A stretch of 64,000 nt of DNA from an uncultured Clostridia bacterium (GCA_944377145.1 CALWEH010000012.1:6131-70130), one strand, 5' to 3'. Numbered from the stretch's first letter, positions 1 to 9,930 are shown. The notes: a model not told the origin generated them from the letters alone. Numbers and translations: made by a program.

Positions 1-528
1 TTGCGATGATATATATTCATCAATAGCTTGCTGATTTACAGTTAAATCTTCATTTAAAAACTCATTTTCATGCGTTACTGTATAATCTTTAGCTGTAATA
101 TAAGTTTGATAAATTTCATTAAAAGCAATACTCTCTTGTTTTTTAGACAATGAATTTAATCCTATAAATAGTGATGAGAATATTGTAATTGTAACAGCCA
201 TTGTTAACAATAATGTTAAACAAGTTCCAGTCATATTAAAATTATATTTTTTTGCTAATTCCATTTGCTTTTGATTTAATTTATTTCTATCGCCTGGAAA
301 TTGTTGCTGAACTTTTTGTAATTCAGGTTGCATAATAGCTTGCATTCTGCTATTTTTTTTATTTGTATTTTTTTGCAGTATTTCTAAAGGGATTAATATA
401 AGTTTTAATGCTATTGTAAGCAAGATTATAGCCCAACCATAATTTCCAACCCAATCTACTAGCCAATTAATACATTTTTCCCAAAAAGCTTTTGTAATTA
501 GCATTTGTGAAAATTCTAACATACCCAT
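1..528 (-). CDS. yidC: Membrane protein insertase YidC, 5' part only (gene runs off the left edge)
   Basis: Absent from the ORF track because no stop lies in the window. My minus-strand translation from ATG 528 gives MGMLEFSQMLITKAFWEKCINWLVDWVGNYGWAIILLTIALKLILIPLEILQKNTNKK..., which matches the Gram-positive YidC/OxaA N-terminal region. AGGAG (536-540, minus) lies 7 nt upstream. Canonical position after rnpA-yidD. Confidence 0.8.
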   Translation of the reverse strand, partial: MGMLEFSQMLITKAFWEKCINWLVDWVGNYGWAIILLTIALKLILIPLEILQKNTNKKNSRMQAIMQPELQKVQQQFPGDRNKLNQKQMELAKKYNFNMTGTCLTLLLTMAVTITIFSSLFIGLNSLSKKQESIAFNEIYQTYITAKDYTVTHENEFLNEDLTVNQQAIDEYISSQ

Positions 529-791
529 TTATACGCTCCTAATATATTTAACGGTTCTAAATCTAATCCACCTTTATGTTTGTGTGTACATTTAATTAAT
601 CTTTTTCCCCCAATAAATAAACCTGTTAAAGGGTCAAATTTAATTAAACAACGTATCATATATACTGAACATGTTGGTGTTTTAGGGCAATTAGCACCAA
701 TAATTGGTGAAATGCATATTTTATAAAAAATCAAGAATACAAGTTCAATACACAAAAGCGGAAACAGCACAACTTTTAGTAATCTATACAT
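516..791 (-). CDS. yidD: Membrane protein insertion efficiency factor YidD
   Basis: 91-aa ORF with the YidD Cys pattern (ISPIIGANCPKTPTCSVYMIRC...KRLIKCTHKHKGGLDLEP). It overlaps rnpA by 8 nt and yidC by 13 nt. Confidence 0.8.
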   Translation of the reverse strand: MYRLLKVVLFPLLCIELVFLIFYKICISPIIGANCPKTPTCSVYMIRCLIKFDPLTGLFIGGKRLIKCTHKHKGGLDLEPLNILGAYKWVC

Positions 792-1134
792 CTTTTGTAT
801 CCTCGATTAAATTACATTTACGTAAAAATTGATTAAACTCCTCATCTAATATTTTATAATTTGCTTGTACAACATCAGGTTTTAATGTAATTATATAATT
901 TTTTACAACCATTTTAGGCAATTTTAACCTTATGATTTCACTCATTAATCGTTTATATTTGCTTCTTACAACTGAATTCCCAATTTTTTTATTTATTGAA
1001 ATTCCAACTTTAGTATTAGGAAGCTTAGTATCAATGTAATGAACCAAGAAATATTTAGAAGTATAATACTTTCCTTTTTTGTAAATATAATTAAATTCTT
1101 TATTTTTTTTTATTCGATTAATTCTATTTAACAC
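784..1134 (-). CDS. rnpA: RNase P protein component
   Basis: 116-aa basic protein with an RNR-like motif (KKIGNSVVRSKYKRLMSEIIR). It sits directly downstream of rpmH, as in most bacteria. Confidence 0.85.
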   Translation of the reverse strand: MLNRINRIKKNKEFNYIYKKGKYYTSKYFLVHYIDTKLPNTKVGISINKKIGNSVVRSKYKRLMSEIIRLKLPKMVVKNYIITLKPDVVQANYKILDEEFNQFLRKCNLIEDTKDV

Positions 1135-1152
1135 AATTTAACCTATTTTAAA

Positions 1153-1287
1153 CTATGCAGATAATTTTTTTCTGCCTCTATTTCTACGTCTTGCCAATAC
1201 TTTTCTGCCAGACAAAGTTTTCATTCTAGCTCTAAAACCATGAACTTTACTTCTTTGCTTCTTTTTTGGTTGATAAGTTTGCTTCAT
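1153..1287 (-). CDS. rpmH: 50S ribosomal protein L34
   Basis: [44 protein letters not shown] is a textbook 44-aa L34. The track ORF (to 1395) is an upstream artefact that would run through the promoter and terminator. AAGGAGAGA SD lies upstream of ATG 1287. Confidence 0.95.
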   Translation of the reverse strand: MKQTYQPKKKQRSKVHGFRARMKTLSGRKVLARRRNRGRKKLSA

Positions 1288-1321
1288 AATTTCTCTCCTT
1301 TTATCAGAATCAAGTATTAGA

Positions 1322-1350
1322 ATTATAACCTTAAACTGTCTATTTGTCAA
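1322..1350 (-). promoter_or_regulatory. Consensus sigma-A type promoter for rpmH operon
   Basis: Minus strand reads TTGACA (1350-1345), a 17-nt spacer, then TATAAT (1327-1322), about 35 nt upstream of the rpmH ATG. Confidence 0.7.
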
Positions 1351-1371
1351 TGATAATTGAAAATTAAAATA

Positions 1372-1413
1372 AAAAGTTATCCACAATTTAAACACTTTTT
1401 GTGGATAACTTTT
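1372..1413 (-). terminator. Rho-independent terminator of dnaN whose stem arms are two perfect DnaA boxes
   Basis: A 13-15 bp perfect inverted repeat, AAGTTATCCACAA (1374-1386) / TTGTGGATAACTT (1399-1411), with a 12-nt loop. On the minus-strand transcript it is followed by TTTTTATTTTAATTTT. The arms contain TTATCCACA (1377-1385) and TGTGGATAA (1400-1408). Confidence 0.7.
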
Positions 1414-1427
1414 ATTTTGCTTTTAAT

Positions 1428-2525
1428 TTAAACCATTCTTACAGGCAATATTAAGAATAAATAATCTTCATTTTCACTTGGTGTAATAATACAATGTGAA
1501 ATTGCATTGCTAAAATTAATTTTAATATATTCATCTTCTGTTGCTCTCAAACAATCAGCAAAATATTTTGAATTAAAAGCAATTATAATATCTGCACCTT
1601 TCATTGTTACAGGAATATTTTCTTTTACATTCCCTATTTCACTATCAGAGGTTAAAACCAATGTATTTTCAGTTATGTCAAATTTAACTCTACTATTTTT
1701 ATCTGCTTTAGATAATAAGCTAGCACGATCAATAGCATCTTCTAGTTGAGATTTTTTTATAATTACAGTAGTATTAAAATTTGAGTTTAAAATCTGTCTA
1801 TAATTAATAAATTGCCCTTCTAAAAGCCTTGTTGTAATAACAGTATCTATCATATCTACCATCAAATTATTAGAATGTACATAAACTTTTACATTTTCAT
1901 CACTATCTAACATTCTACTAATCTCTGCCAAACTTCTTGAAGGAACAATAAAACTGAAATCAGATGTAGTATTTTCAATTTTTTGGTTAGCCATTGCCAT
2001 TCTAAATCCATCAAGAGCTACAGCTCTCACTCCATCTGCATTAACCTCAAATAATACTCCTTTAAGAATAGGTCTGCTGTCATCAACTGCTGCTGCAAAA
2101 ATAACTGTATTTATTAAATTTTTCAAAGATAATCTATTTATTTCAAAATATTCCACTTTATCAACATTCTTCAACTCTGGGAATTCTAATACATCCATAC
2201 ACTGAATAAAGCCTTCGCTATCAGCATAGCTAATTCTTAATTGATTTCTCTCATTTAATTCTAAACTAAGTTGTTCATTTGTTAATTTCCTTAAATATTC
2301 ACCAAATAATTTTCCAGGAACAACAGTTTCTCCTTCATCAATTACTTCAGCTTTTATTGTTTTTTGAATTGATAACTCAAGATCTGTGCCAGCTAATACA
2401 ACATTATTACCTATTGCACTAATTTTAATTCCTTCCAATATTGGTGAAACAGTTTTTGATGAAACTGCTTTTAACACTTTATTTACAGCTTCTGATAAAT
2501 CTAATCCGTCACATCTAAATAACAT
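1428..2525 (-). CDS. dnaN: DNA polymerase III beta sliding clamp
   Basis: 365 aa, typical clamp length and three-domain feel. The C-terminal end LILPVRMV resembles the usual PxRx ending. Located next to dnaA. Confidence 0.9.
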   Translation of the reverse strand: MLFRCDGLDLSEAVNKVLKAVSSKTVSPILEGIKISAIGNNVVLAGTDLELSIQKTIKAEVIDEGETVVPGKLFGEYLRKLTNEQLSLELNERNQLRISYADSEGFIQCMDVLEFPELKNVDKVEYFEINRLSLKNLINTVIFAAAVDDSRPILKGVLFEVNADGVRAVALDGFRMAMANQKIENTTSDFSFIVPSRSLAEISRMLDSDENVKVYVHSNNLMVDMIDTVITTRLLEGQFINYRQILNSNFNTTVIIKKSQLEDAIDRASLLSKADKNSRVKFDITENTLVLTSDSEIGNVKENIPVTMKGADIIIAFNSKYFADCLRATEDEYIKINFSNAISHCIITPSENEDYLFLILPVRMV

Positions 2526-3190
2526 AATTCTCTCCCATTAGTAATTCTATAATATCACACAACATCTTCCCTGTCAATAATTATAGTCAAAATTTAAAAT
2601 AAAATTCATACTTATTTTTCATAAATAACAATATATCAAACTTTAAGTATTAAACTAAATCTTTAAACAAAAAATTTGATGTTTTACATGTTTTTTATTT
2701 ATTAAAAAAATACAGTAAATTTATTTATAATATGCTTAAAATAAGTTATCCACCGCATGTGGATAATTAGCTATTTATCCACAAAATTAATTGATTTTTT
2801 TATCCACATTTAATATTTTCAACACTTAATAAATTAAGTAACCTAATTTTTTAGATATACTAAAAAATCTAGTATACTTCTTTATTAAGATTTTTATTTA
2901 ATGTTAAAAATTTAAATTTAATTTTAAACTATATTTCCTGATTTCTTAATAAATTTAGATTCTATATTATTAAGTACGCACGCGATTTTAACTTATATAT
3001 ATTTAAATTATATTTTTTAAATTAATAGATATATTATGCTTTGTGGATTTGTGTATAACTTTTTTACATACATCATATTGTATACAAATAATTATTAAAT
3101 ACTACATCTTGTAATTTTAGTGTAAAGAAAATGTGGATAAAAAGTGTAAAACAATACACAATTTACCCACATTTATGTGTAAAAGTGTTA
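2526..3190. other. Candidate oriC: DnaA-box cluster plus AT-rich unwinding region in the dnaA-dnaN gap
   Basis: Perfect boxes: TGTGGATAA 2758-2766, TTATCCACA 2775-2783, TTATCCACA 2800-2808, TGTGGATAA 3132-3140. One-mismatch boxes: TTATCCACC 2746-2754, TGTGTATAA 3050-3058, TTACCCACA 3163-3171. Between the two groups lies an extremely AT-rich stretch (about 2830-3040) containing one GC island, ACGCACGCG, at 2976-2984. Confidence 0.7.
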
Positions 3191-4525
3191 TTAATACCTT
3201 AAAATTTGAGATTTTATATCTCCAACTAAGGTTTTTATATGTGGATTAGTTTTCATTTGTGTGGATATCTTATCTCTAGCATGCATAATAGTTGTATGGT
3301 CTCTACCTCCAAATATTGCACCTATAGCTGTTAGAGGAATATCTAGCATATCATTTATCAAATAAATACATAACTGTCTAGGTTCCACAATTTCTTTATT
3401 TTTCTTTTTACCAATAAGTTCTTCTTTAGATATCTTAAAAAATTGACATACAGTTTGAATAATTTTTTCTGCATCTAAAGATTCTTTTTCAGGTTGTTCA
3501 CTATCTTTTAAAGCTTCTTTAGCATCTTCCATACTAGCTGAAGGTTTACCTATTAATGAAGCATAAAATACAACCTTAGATAAAATACCTTCCATTTCAC
3601 GAATATTAATGTCTAATTTTTGTGCAATAAAGTCGATTACATCATTATCCACAATATATCCTTCTTGACTTGCTTTTTTTCTTAATATTGCTACACGAGT
3701 TTCATAATCAGGGTTTTGAATATCTTGAATAAGTCCACTACTAAATCTTGATCGCAATCTTTCTTCAAGAGCAGACATTTCTTTAGGAGAACGATCAGAT
3801 GCTATAATTATTTGTTTGTTATTTTGATATAAATCATTAAAGGTGTGAAAAAATTCTTCTTGAATTCCCATTTTATTTGATATAAATTGAATATCATCAA
3901 TCATTAAAACATCAACATTTCTATATTTTTCTCTAAATGAAATATTTGATTTATCTTTTCCAGAACGAATAGATTCAACATAATCATTAGTAAATTTTTC
4001 ACAAGTTACATATAACACTGTTAAGTCTGGTCGTGTAGCATTTAAATAATTTCCTACAGCATGCAATAAATGGGTTTTTCCAAGTCCTACTCCTCCATAT
4101 ATAAACAAAGGATTAAATTTAGAGCTAGGATGTTCAGCTACGCTAAGCATTGCAGCATGCACAAATTGATTACTTTTACCAACTACGAAATTATCAAAAG
4201 TATATTTTTGATTAAACTTAAATTTAAATTTTTCATCTTCTAAAGAATTGTCCTGTTGACTAGGTTGAAGAGATTCTAAATCTTTTTCTTCCACAATTTT
4301 TACTTGTGTATATAAATTAAATATTTGATGTACGGCAGCTTGTATTTTAGAAAAAATGTTAATATTTGTGGCTTGATGTTTTGCAGAACTACTAGGAGCT
4401 TTTAAAATTAATTCATCGTCATGGTAACTTATTGGTTGAAGAGTATTTATCCACAAATCAAATGTAATAGCTGTTACTTGATTTTGTAAAACACTTAACA
4501 CATTATTCCATTGTTCTTGCAACAT
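3191..4525 (-). CDS. dnaA: Chromosomal replication initiator DnaA
   Basis: 444 aa. Walker A GGVGLGKTHLLHA, Walker B DVLMIDDIQF, C-terminal DNA-binding helix region (GGRDHTTIMHARDKI). AAGAGGTGG SD lies upstream. Confidence 0.97.
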   Translation of the reverse strand: MLQEQWNNVLSVLQNQVTAITFDLWINTLQPISYHDDELILKAPSSSAKHQATNINIFSKIQAAVHQIFNLYTQVKIVEEKDLESLQPSQQDNSLEDEKFKFKFNQKYTFDNFVVGKSNQFVHAAMLSVAEHPSSKFNPLFIYGGVGLGKTHLLHAVGNYLNATRPDLTVLYVTCEKFTNDYVESIRSGKDKSNISFREKYRNVDVLMIDDIQFISNKMGIQEEFFHTFNDLYQNNKQIIIASDRSPKEMSALEERLRSRFSSGLIQDIQNPDYETRVAILRKKASQEGYIVDNDVIDFIAQKLDINIREMEGILSKVVFYASLIGKPSASMEDAKEALKDSEQPEKESLDAEKIIQTVCQFFKISKEELIGKKKNKEIVEPRQLCIYLINDMLDIPLTAIGAIFGGRDHTTIMHARDKISTQMKTNPHIKTLVGDIKSQILRY

Positions 4526-4575
4526 AATCCACCTCTTAATAATAAATAAACTATATTTAACAGATAATTTTTTAT

Positions 4576-4604
4576 ATTATACACTCAATTACTAAATATG
4601 TCAA
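4576..4604 (-). promoter_or_regulatory. Sigma-A type promoter for dnaA
   Basis: Minus strand reads TTGACA (4604-4599), a 17-nt spacer, then TATAAT (4581-4576), inside the 107-bp recF-dnaA gap. Confidence 0.65.
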
Positions 4605-4632
4605 CGTTAAAAATAAATAGATTTTAAAATTT

Positions 4633-5706
4633 TTATTTTTGTTTACCATTTTCTATAAATATTTTATTCCCAGGTAAGTTTAAATTTATATCAGCACATG
4701 ATATAATTGTTTGATAATTTTTTACAATATCAAGCAATCTTTTTTGTCTTGAATTATCTAGTTCACTTAAAACATCATCTAATAAAAGAACAGGATATTC
4801 TTTAACCTCTTCTTTAATAATTTCCATTAAAGCTAATTTTAATGTTAATGCTACAGTTCTTTGTTGCCCTTGTGAAGAAAAATATCTGCAGTCCTGATTA
4901 TTTATTTTAAAAATAATATCATCTCTATGAGGACCAATAATAGTATGTTGCAATTCCAATTCTTTTTTTAAATTAATTTTAAATTGATTGGTTAAATCAT
5001 CAAAAATAGAAATATTATTTTTTTCTTCATAAGAATATGAAATATCTAAGTTTTCACCTATTATAATTGAATTATAAATCATTTTTGAATATTTTTTTAA
5101 ATTTTTAATAAATAAAATTCTTTTTTTTATTATTTTTTCTGCAATTAAAATTAATTGTGGAGTCCAAATATTTAATTGTTCAATTTTAGAATTTTGATTT
5201 ATATTTGATTTTAATACACAATTTCTTTGTTTTAATATTTTTTCATATCTAATTAAATCAAACATATAGTTTTTATCGAATTGACTTATAGAAATATCTA
5301 AAAATTTTCTTCTATCTTCAGGGACTTCTTTCACAAGCTTTAATTCATCAGGTGAAAAATACACAATATTTAATTCACCTATTAATTGAGTTAATTTTAT
5401 AATTGGTATTTTATTTATTTTTATTATTTTTTTATTTAAATTATTTAAAATAACTTCAATATTTTTATTTCCACCAATAGTTGTAAAATTTAAATTAACA
5501 TAAGCATAATCTGATTCAAAATTAATCATTTGTTTTTCTTTTGACGTTCTAGGACTTTTACTTATAGCACATAAATATATACTTTCTAATAAATTTGTTT
5601 TTCCTTGAGCATTTTTACCTAATATAAAATTAACTCCATCACAGAAATTAATTGTGGAGTCTATATAATTCCTAAAGTTTACCAATCTAACATTATTAAT
5701 TTTCAT
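4633..5706 (-). CDS. recF: DNA replication/repair protein RecF
   Basis: 357 aa. Walker A GKNAQGKTNLLESI, ABC-like signature SQGQQRTVALTLKLA, Walker B VLLLDDVLSELD. N-terminus MKINNVRLVNFRNY is typical RecF. Confidence 0.9.
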   Translation of the reverse strand: MKINNVRLVNFRNYIDSTINFCDGVNFILGKNAQGKTNLLESIYLCAISKSPRTSKEKQMINFESDYAYVNLNFTTIGGNKNIEVILNNLNKKIIKINKIPIIKLTQLIGELNIVYFSPDELKLVKEVPEDRRKFLDISISQFDKNYMFDLIRYEKILKQRNCVLKSNINQNSKIEQLNIWTPQLILIAEKIIKKRILFIKNLKKYSKMIYNSIIIGENLDISYSYEEKNNISIFDDLTNQFKINLKKELELQHTIIGPHRDDIIFKINNQDCRYFSSQGQQRTVALTLKLALMEIIKEEVKEYPVLLLDDVLSELDNSRQKRLLDIVKNYQTIISCADINLNLPGNKIFIENGKQK

Positions 5707-6056
5707 ATATAAACGAATAAAAATACAAAATAAATATAAAATAAATTTAACAACTTAATTATATCAAAAATATAAAAATAGTCAACAAATTTAAAAAAAA
5801 TAAAATAAACAGCTTTTATTGTTTTTTATATAGTTTTTATTAAAAACTTTTAATATAAAATATTTTTAACATTTTTTTAACTTTTATATCAAATGTTATT
5901 TTTTTTATTTTGGAGATATATAATATAATGTATATATATAATATATATAGTATATTTATTATATAATATACATAATAATCATTAAAATTATAATTTATTT
6001 ATTTTCACCACTAGTAAATCAACTTTAAGTGTGATATAATACTCTTGAGGTTGAAT

Positions 6057-7364
6057 ATGACAGAAGATACTATAGTTGCCTTAGCTACTCCACCAGGAAA
6101 ATCTGGAGTTGCTATTGTTAGAATAAGTGGAGATAAATCATACAATATATTACAACAAATCACTAAAAGTGATAAATTTTTGCCAAGATATATGTATTTT
6201 AAAAATATTTATTTGAAAGATATAATAGATAATGCTTTAGTAGTTTATTTTAAAGCACCTTATTCTTATACAGGTGAAGATGTGGTAGAAATACAATGTC
6301 ATGGAGGATATTATATTGCCAATAGCGTTATAAAATTTTGTCAAGAGAATGGTGCTAGAATGGCTGAACCTGGAGAATATTCTAAAAGAGCTTTTTTAAA
6401 TGGTAAAATTAGTGTAGACCAAGCTGAAGGAATTATTGAAATAATTAATGCAGAAAGTGAAGCTCAAGCAAAAGCTGGAAGTGTATTAGTTCAAGGGAAA
6501 TTATTTGATATTATAAAAACATTACAAACAGAACTTACTGATATACTTGCTGAAATAGAAGCAAAGTTAGATTATCCAGAATATGAATATAGCGATAATG
6601 AAAATAAAATTGTTTTAAAAAGATTAAATGATATAAAAAATGAAATTGACAAACTACTATCTACCAAAATAAACGGATTATTAGTAAAAAATGGTGTTAA
6701 AATAGCTATTGTAGGTGCTCCAAATGCAGGGAAATCAAGCTTATTAAATGCATTAACAAATAGTGATAAATCTATTGTAACAGATATTGCTGGAACTACT
6801 AGAGATATTGTTGAGGGGGAATATATTTTTAATGGTATAATATTTAGATTGTTTGATACTGCAGGAATTAGAGAAAGTAATGATATTGTTGAGAAAATAG
6901 GAATAGACAGAGCGAAACAAACAATAGATCAAGCAGATTTAGTATTGAAATTGTTAGATATTTCTAATCCAATAGATATTGATATAAAAAATAAACCAAT
7001 AATTACAGTATATAACAAAATTGATTTATATACAAAAAAATATAAAAATAAAAAGGATTTAATATATATAAGTGCAAAAAATAATATAAATATAGAAGAA
7101 TTAAAACAAATAATTTTTAATAATACAATTAATCAAGATTTTAATACATCACAATTTTATTTATCAAATGCAAGACATATAGAATGTATAACAAAAGCAT
7201 ATAACAGTTTATCTAGCGCTATTGATAATTTTAATAATTTTACATTAGATTTTATAGTTTCTGACATTAAAGATTGTTGGATGCATTTAGGTGAAGTAAG
7301 TGGAATTAATTCAAACGAAAGGATAATTGACAGAATTTTTGAAAAATTTTGTTTAGGTAAATAA
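6057..7364 (+). CDS. mnmE: tRNA modification GTPase MnmE
   Basis: Typical N-terminus MTEDTIVALATPPGKSGVAIVRISG, G1 motif GAPNAGKSSLLNAL, C-terminal CLGK. I prefer ATG 6057 (GAGG at 6047-6050) over the track TTG at 6045. Extended -10 TGaTATAAT lies at 6032-6040. Confidence 0.93.
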   Translation: MTEDTIVALATPPGKSGVAIVRISGDKSYNILQQITKSDKFLPRYMYFKNIYLKDIIDNALVVYFKAPYSYTGEDVVEIQCHGGYYIANSVIKFCQENGARMAEPGEYSKRAFLNGKISVDQAEGIIEIINAESEAQAKAGSVLVQGKLFDIIKTLQTELTDILAEIEAKLDYPEYEYSDNENKIVLKRLNDIKNEIDKLLSTKINGLLVKNGVKIAIVGAPNAGKSSLLNALTNSDKSIVTDIAGTTRDIVEGEYIFNGIIFRLFDTAGIRESNDIVEKIGIDRAKQTIDQADLVLKLLDISNPIDIDIKNKPIITVYNKIDLYTKKYKNKKDLIYISAKNNINIEELKQIIFNNTINQDFNTSQFYLSNARHIECITKAYNSLSSAIDNFNNFTLDFIVSDIKDCWMHLGEVSGINSNERIIDRIFEKFCLGK

Positions 7365-7365
7365 T

Positions 7366-9231
7366 ATGAAATTTGTAGACAAATATGATACTATAGTAAT
7401 TGGAAGTGGACATGCTGGAAGTGAAGCATGTCTTGCTTTAGCTCGATTAAATTGTAAAGTGTTAATGATTACATTGAATTTAGATAGTATAGCTTTTTTA
7501 GCATGTAATCCATCTATTGGAGGTACTGCCAAAGGGCAATTAGCTGGGGAAATTGATGCTTTAGGTGGAGAAATGGCAATCAATGCAGACAAATCTTTGC
7601 TACAATTACGCATGTTGAATAGTGGAAAAGGTCCAGCTGTTCAAAGTTTGCGAGCACAAGTGGATAAAAATGTTTATCACACTGAAATGAAAAAAACTTT
7701 AGAACATCAAGCTAATTTAGATATTTTACAAGGAGAAGTTAGCGAAATATTAGTAGAAGAAGGAAAAGTAATAGGAATAAAAACTTTAGCTGGAGAATGT
7801 TTTGAAGCTCAGGCTGTAGTAGTGTGTACAGGAGTATATTTAAATGCAAAAGTAATTATAGGTGATTATTTTAAATTTACAGGTCCAAATGGATTTGAAC
7901 CAGCTAATTATTTAACAAATAGTTTAATGCGCCTAGGTTTTAAAATGTTGCGCTTCAAAACTGGCACTCCTGCAAGAGTAGATGCAAAATCTATAGATTA
8001 TACAAAATTTGAAATACAAAATGGTGATGATTTAGGGCATAATTTTTCAATTTTAAATAAGAAAAAGACAAAAAATAAAAAAGTTTGCTATTTAGGATAT
8101 ACTAATGAAAAAATGCATGAAGTTATAAGGAAAAATATTTCTCGAGCACCATTATATTCTGGGAAAGTGAAAGGTATAGGGCCTCGTTATTGTCCTTCTA
8201 TTGAAGATAAAGTAATGCGTTTTGCAGATAAAGAAAGGCATCAATTATTTTTAGAGCCAGAAAGTTCTAGCACAGATGAAGTTTATGTACAAGGAATTAG
8301 TAGTTCAATGCCTGTAGATGTTCAAAGAGAGATGTATAGATGTATACCGGGATTTGAAAATGTTAAAATAATGAGGTTTGCATACGCTATTGAATATGAT
8401 TGTATAGATGCTACTCAACTAAAACCTTCTTTAGAAAGTAAAAATATAAAAGGATTATTTTTTGCAGGGCAAATAAATGGAACTAGCGGATATGAAGAAG
8501 CGGCTGCTCAAGGATTAATGGCTGGAATAAATTCTGCAAGAAAAATTAAAGGTCTTGACCCTATTATTTTAGGTAGAGAGCAAGCTTATATTGGAGTATT
8601 GATAGATGATTTGGTTACGAAAGATATTGTTGAGCCATATAGAATGATGACTAGTAGAGCTGAATATCGTCTTATATTGCGTCAAGATAACTGTGATATG
8701 CGTCTTACAAATTTAGGGAGAGAAATTGGTTTGGTAGACAATAAAAGATACAAAGCTTTTAAAAATAAATTAAAACAAATAGAAAATGTAAATAAAGAGT
8801 TAGATACTAGATTTTCTCCAAAACAAGTTAATGAATTTTTTAAGTTGCATAATGAAAGTTTAGTCGTAAATGGAATTTCATTAAGAGAAATGATTAAAAG
8901 AAATAATATAAATATTTTCGATATAAAAAATTATTTTAATGTATTAAATAATATTAGTGATGAAGTGTTAAGATATATTAATACTGAAATTAAATATGAA
9001 GGATATATTAAAAGAGAAAATGAAATTATTGAAAAATTGAAGAAATTTGATAGTGTTGAGCTTCCTGAAAACTTAGATTATTCAGTTTTGAAAGGATTGC
9101 GTTTAGAAGCTAGACAAAAATTAAATAAAATAAGACCTCATAATATTGGACAAGCAAAACGTATTGATGGAGTCTCCCCTGCTGATATTAATGTAATTAT
9201 GGTATATTTAAAATTAAATGGAGAAATATAA
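7366..9231 (+). CDS. mnmG: tRNA uridine 5-carboxymethylaminomethyl modification enzyme MnmG (GidA)
   Basis: 621 aa with an N-terminal FAD fold (VIGSGHAGSEA). Follows mnmE by 1 nt. Confidence 0.95.
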   Translation: MKFVDKYDTIVIGSGHAGSEACLALARLNCKVLMITLNLDSIAFLACNPSIGGTAKGQLAGEIDALGGEMAINADKSLLQLRMLNSGKGPAVQSLRAQVDKNVYHTEMKKTLEHQANLDILQGEVSEILVEEGKVIGIKTLAGECFEAQAVVVCTGVYLNAKVIIGDYFKFTGPNGFEPANYLTNSLMRLGFKMLRFKTGTPARVDAKSIDYTKFEIQNGDDLGHNFSILNKKKTKNKKVCYLGYTNEKMHEVIRKNISRAPLYSGKVKGIGPRYCPSIEDKVMRFADKERHQLFLEPESSSTDEVYVQGISSSMPVDVQREMYRCIPGFENVKIMRFAYAIEYDCIDATQLKPSLESKNIKGLFFAGQINGTSGYEEAAAQGLMAGINSARKIKGLDPIILGREQAYIGVLIDDLVTKDIVEPYRMMTSRAEYRLILRQDNCDMRLTNLGREIGLVDNKRYKAFKNKLKQIENVNKELDTRFSPKQVNEFFKLHNESLVVNGISLREMIKRNNINIFDIKNYFNVLNNISDEVLRYINTEIKYEGYIKRENEIIEKLKKFDSVELPENLDYSVLKGLRLEARQKLNKIRPHNIGQAKRIDGVSPADINVIMVYLKLNGEI

Positions 9232-9926
9232 TGGATAAATTAAAAGAAAATTTTAAAAATTTTATTCCTACAATAAATTTTGATGAAGTTTTTCCAAAAT
9301 TTGAAATATATTTTAATGAATTGATTAAATATAATAAACACACGAATTTAACAGCCATAACTGAAAAAAAAGAGGTTTTTATTAAGCATTTTTTAGATAG
9401 TTGTTTATCAGTTAAATATATTAAACCTAATTCTTCAGTTGTAGATATTGGAACAGGAGCAGGATTTCCAGGTATTCCGTTAAAAATAGTTAGGAATGAT
9501 ATAAACCTTTATTTAGTAGACTCATTAAACAAAAGAATAACATTTTTAAACGAATTGCAAAAAATGCTAAATATTGAATATACAACTTATCATGCTAGAG
9601 CTGAAGATTTCTGTAAAATTAATAGAGAATGTTTTGATGTATGCGTGTCAAGAGCTGTAGCTAAATTAAATACATTAATTGAATATTGTTTACCTTTAAT
9701 AAAAGTGGGAGGGATATTTATTGCGTATAAAGGAAATAACATTAAAGAAGAGATAACGCAAGCAAAAAAAGCGCTAAATATTCTTGGTGGAGAGATTATA
9801 AATATTGAAAAATTTGATTTACCAGAAAATATGGGATTAAGAAATTTAATAATAATAAAAAAAATAAAAAATACACCAAATAAATATCCAAGAGGTAAAA
9901 ATTTGCCTAAAAAAACTCCTTTATAA
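9231..9926 (+). CDS. rsmG: 16S rRNA (guanine527-N7)-methyltransferase RsmG
   Basis: 231 aa with SAM motif VVDIGTGAGFPGIPL. Its ATG overlaps the mnmG stop by 1 nt. Confidence 0.9.
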   Translation: MDKLKENFKNFIPTINFDEVFPKFEIYFNELIKYNKHTNLTAITEKKEVFIKHFLDSCLSVKYIKPNSSVVDIGTGAGFPGIPLKIVRNDINLYLVDSLNKRITFLNELQKMLNIEYTTYHARAEDFCKINRECFDVCVSRAVAKLNTLIEYCLPLIKVGGIFIAYKGNNIKEEITQAKKALNILGGEIINIEKFDLPENMGLRNLIIIKKIKNTPNKYPRGKNLPKKTPL

Positions 9927-9930
9927 ATAA

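Noticed and set aside
1288-1395. N-terminal extension of the rpmH ORF (track 1153-1395, 80 aa)
   Set aside because: L34 is a 44-aa protein that starts at MKQTYQP with its own SD. The extension would cover the TTGACA-17-TATAAT promoter and part of the dnaN terminator.
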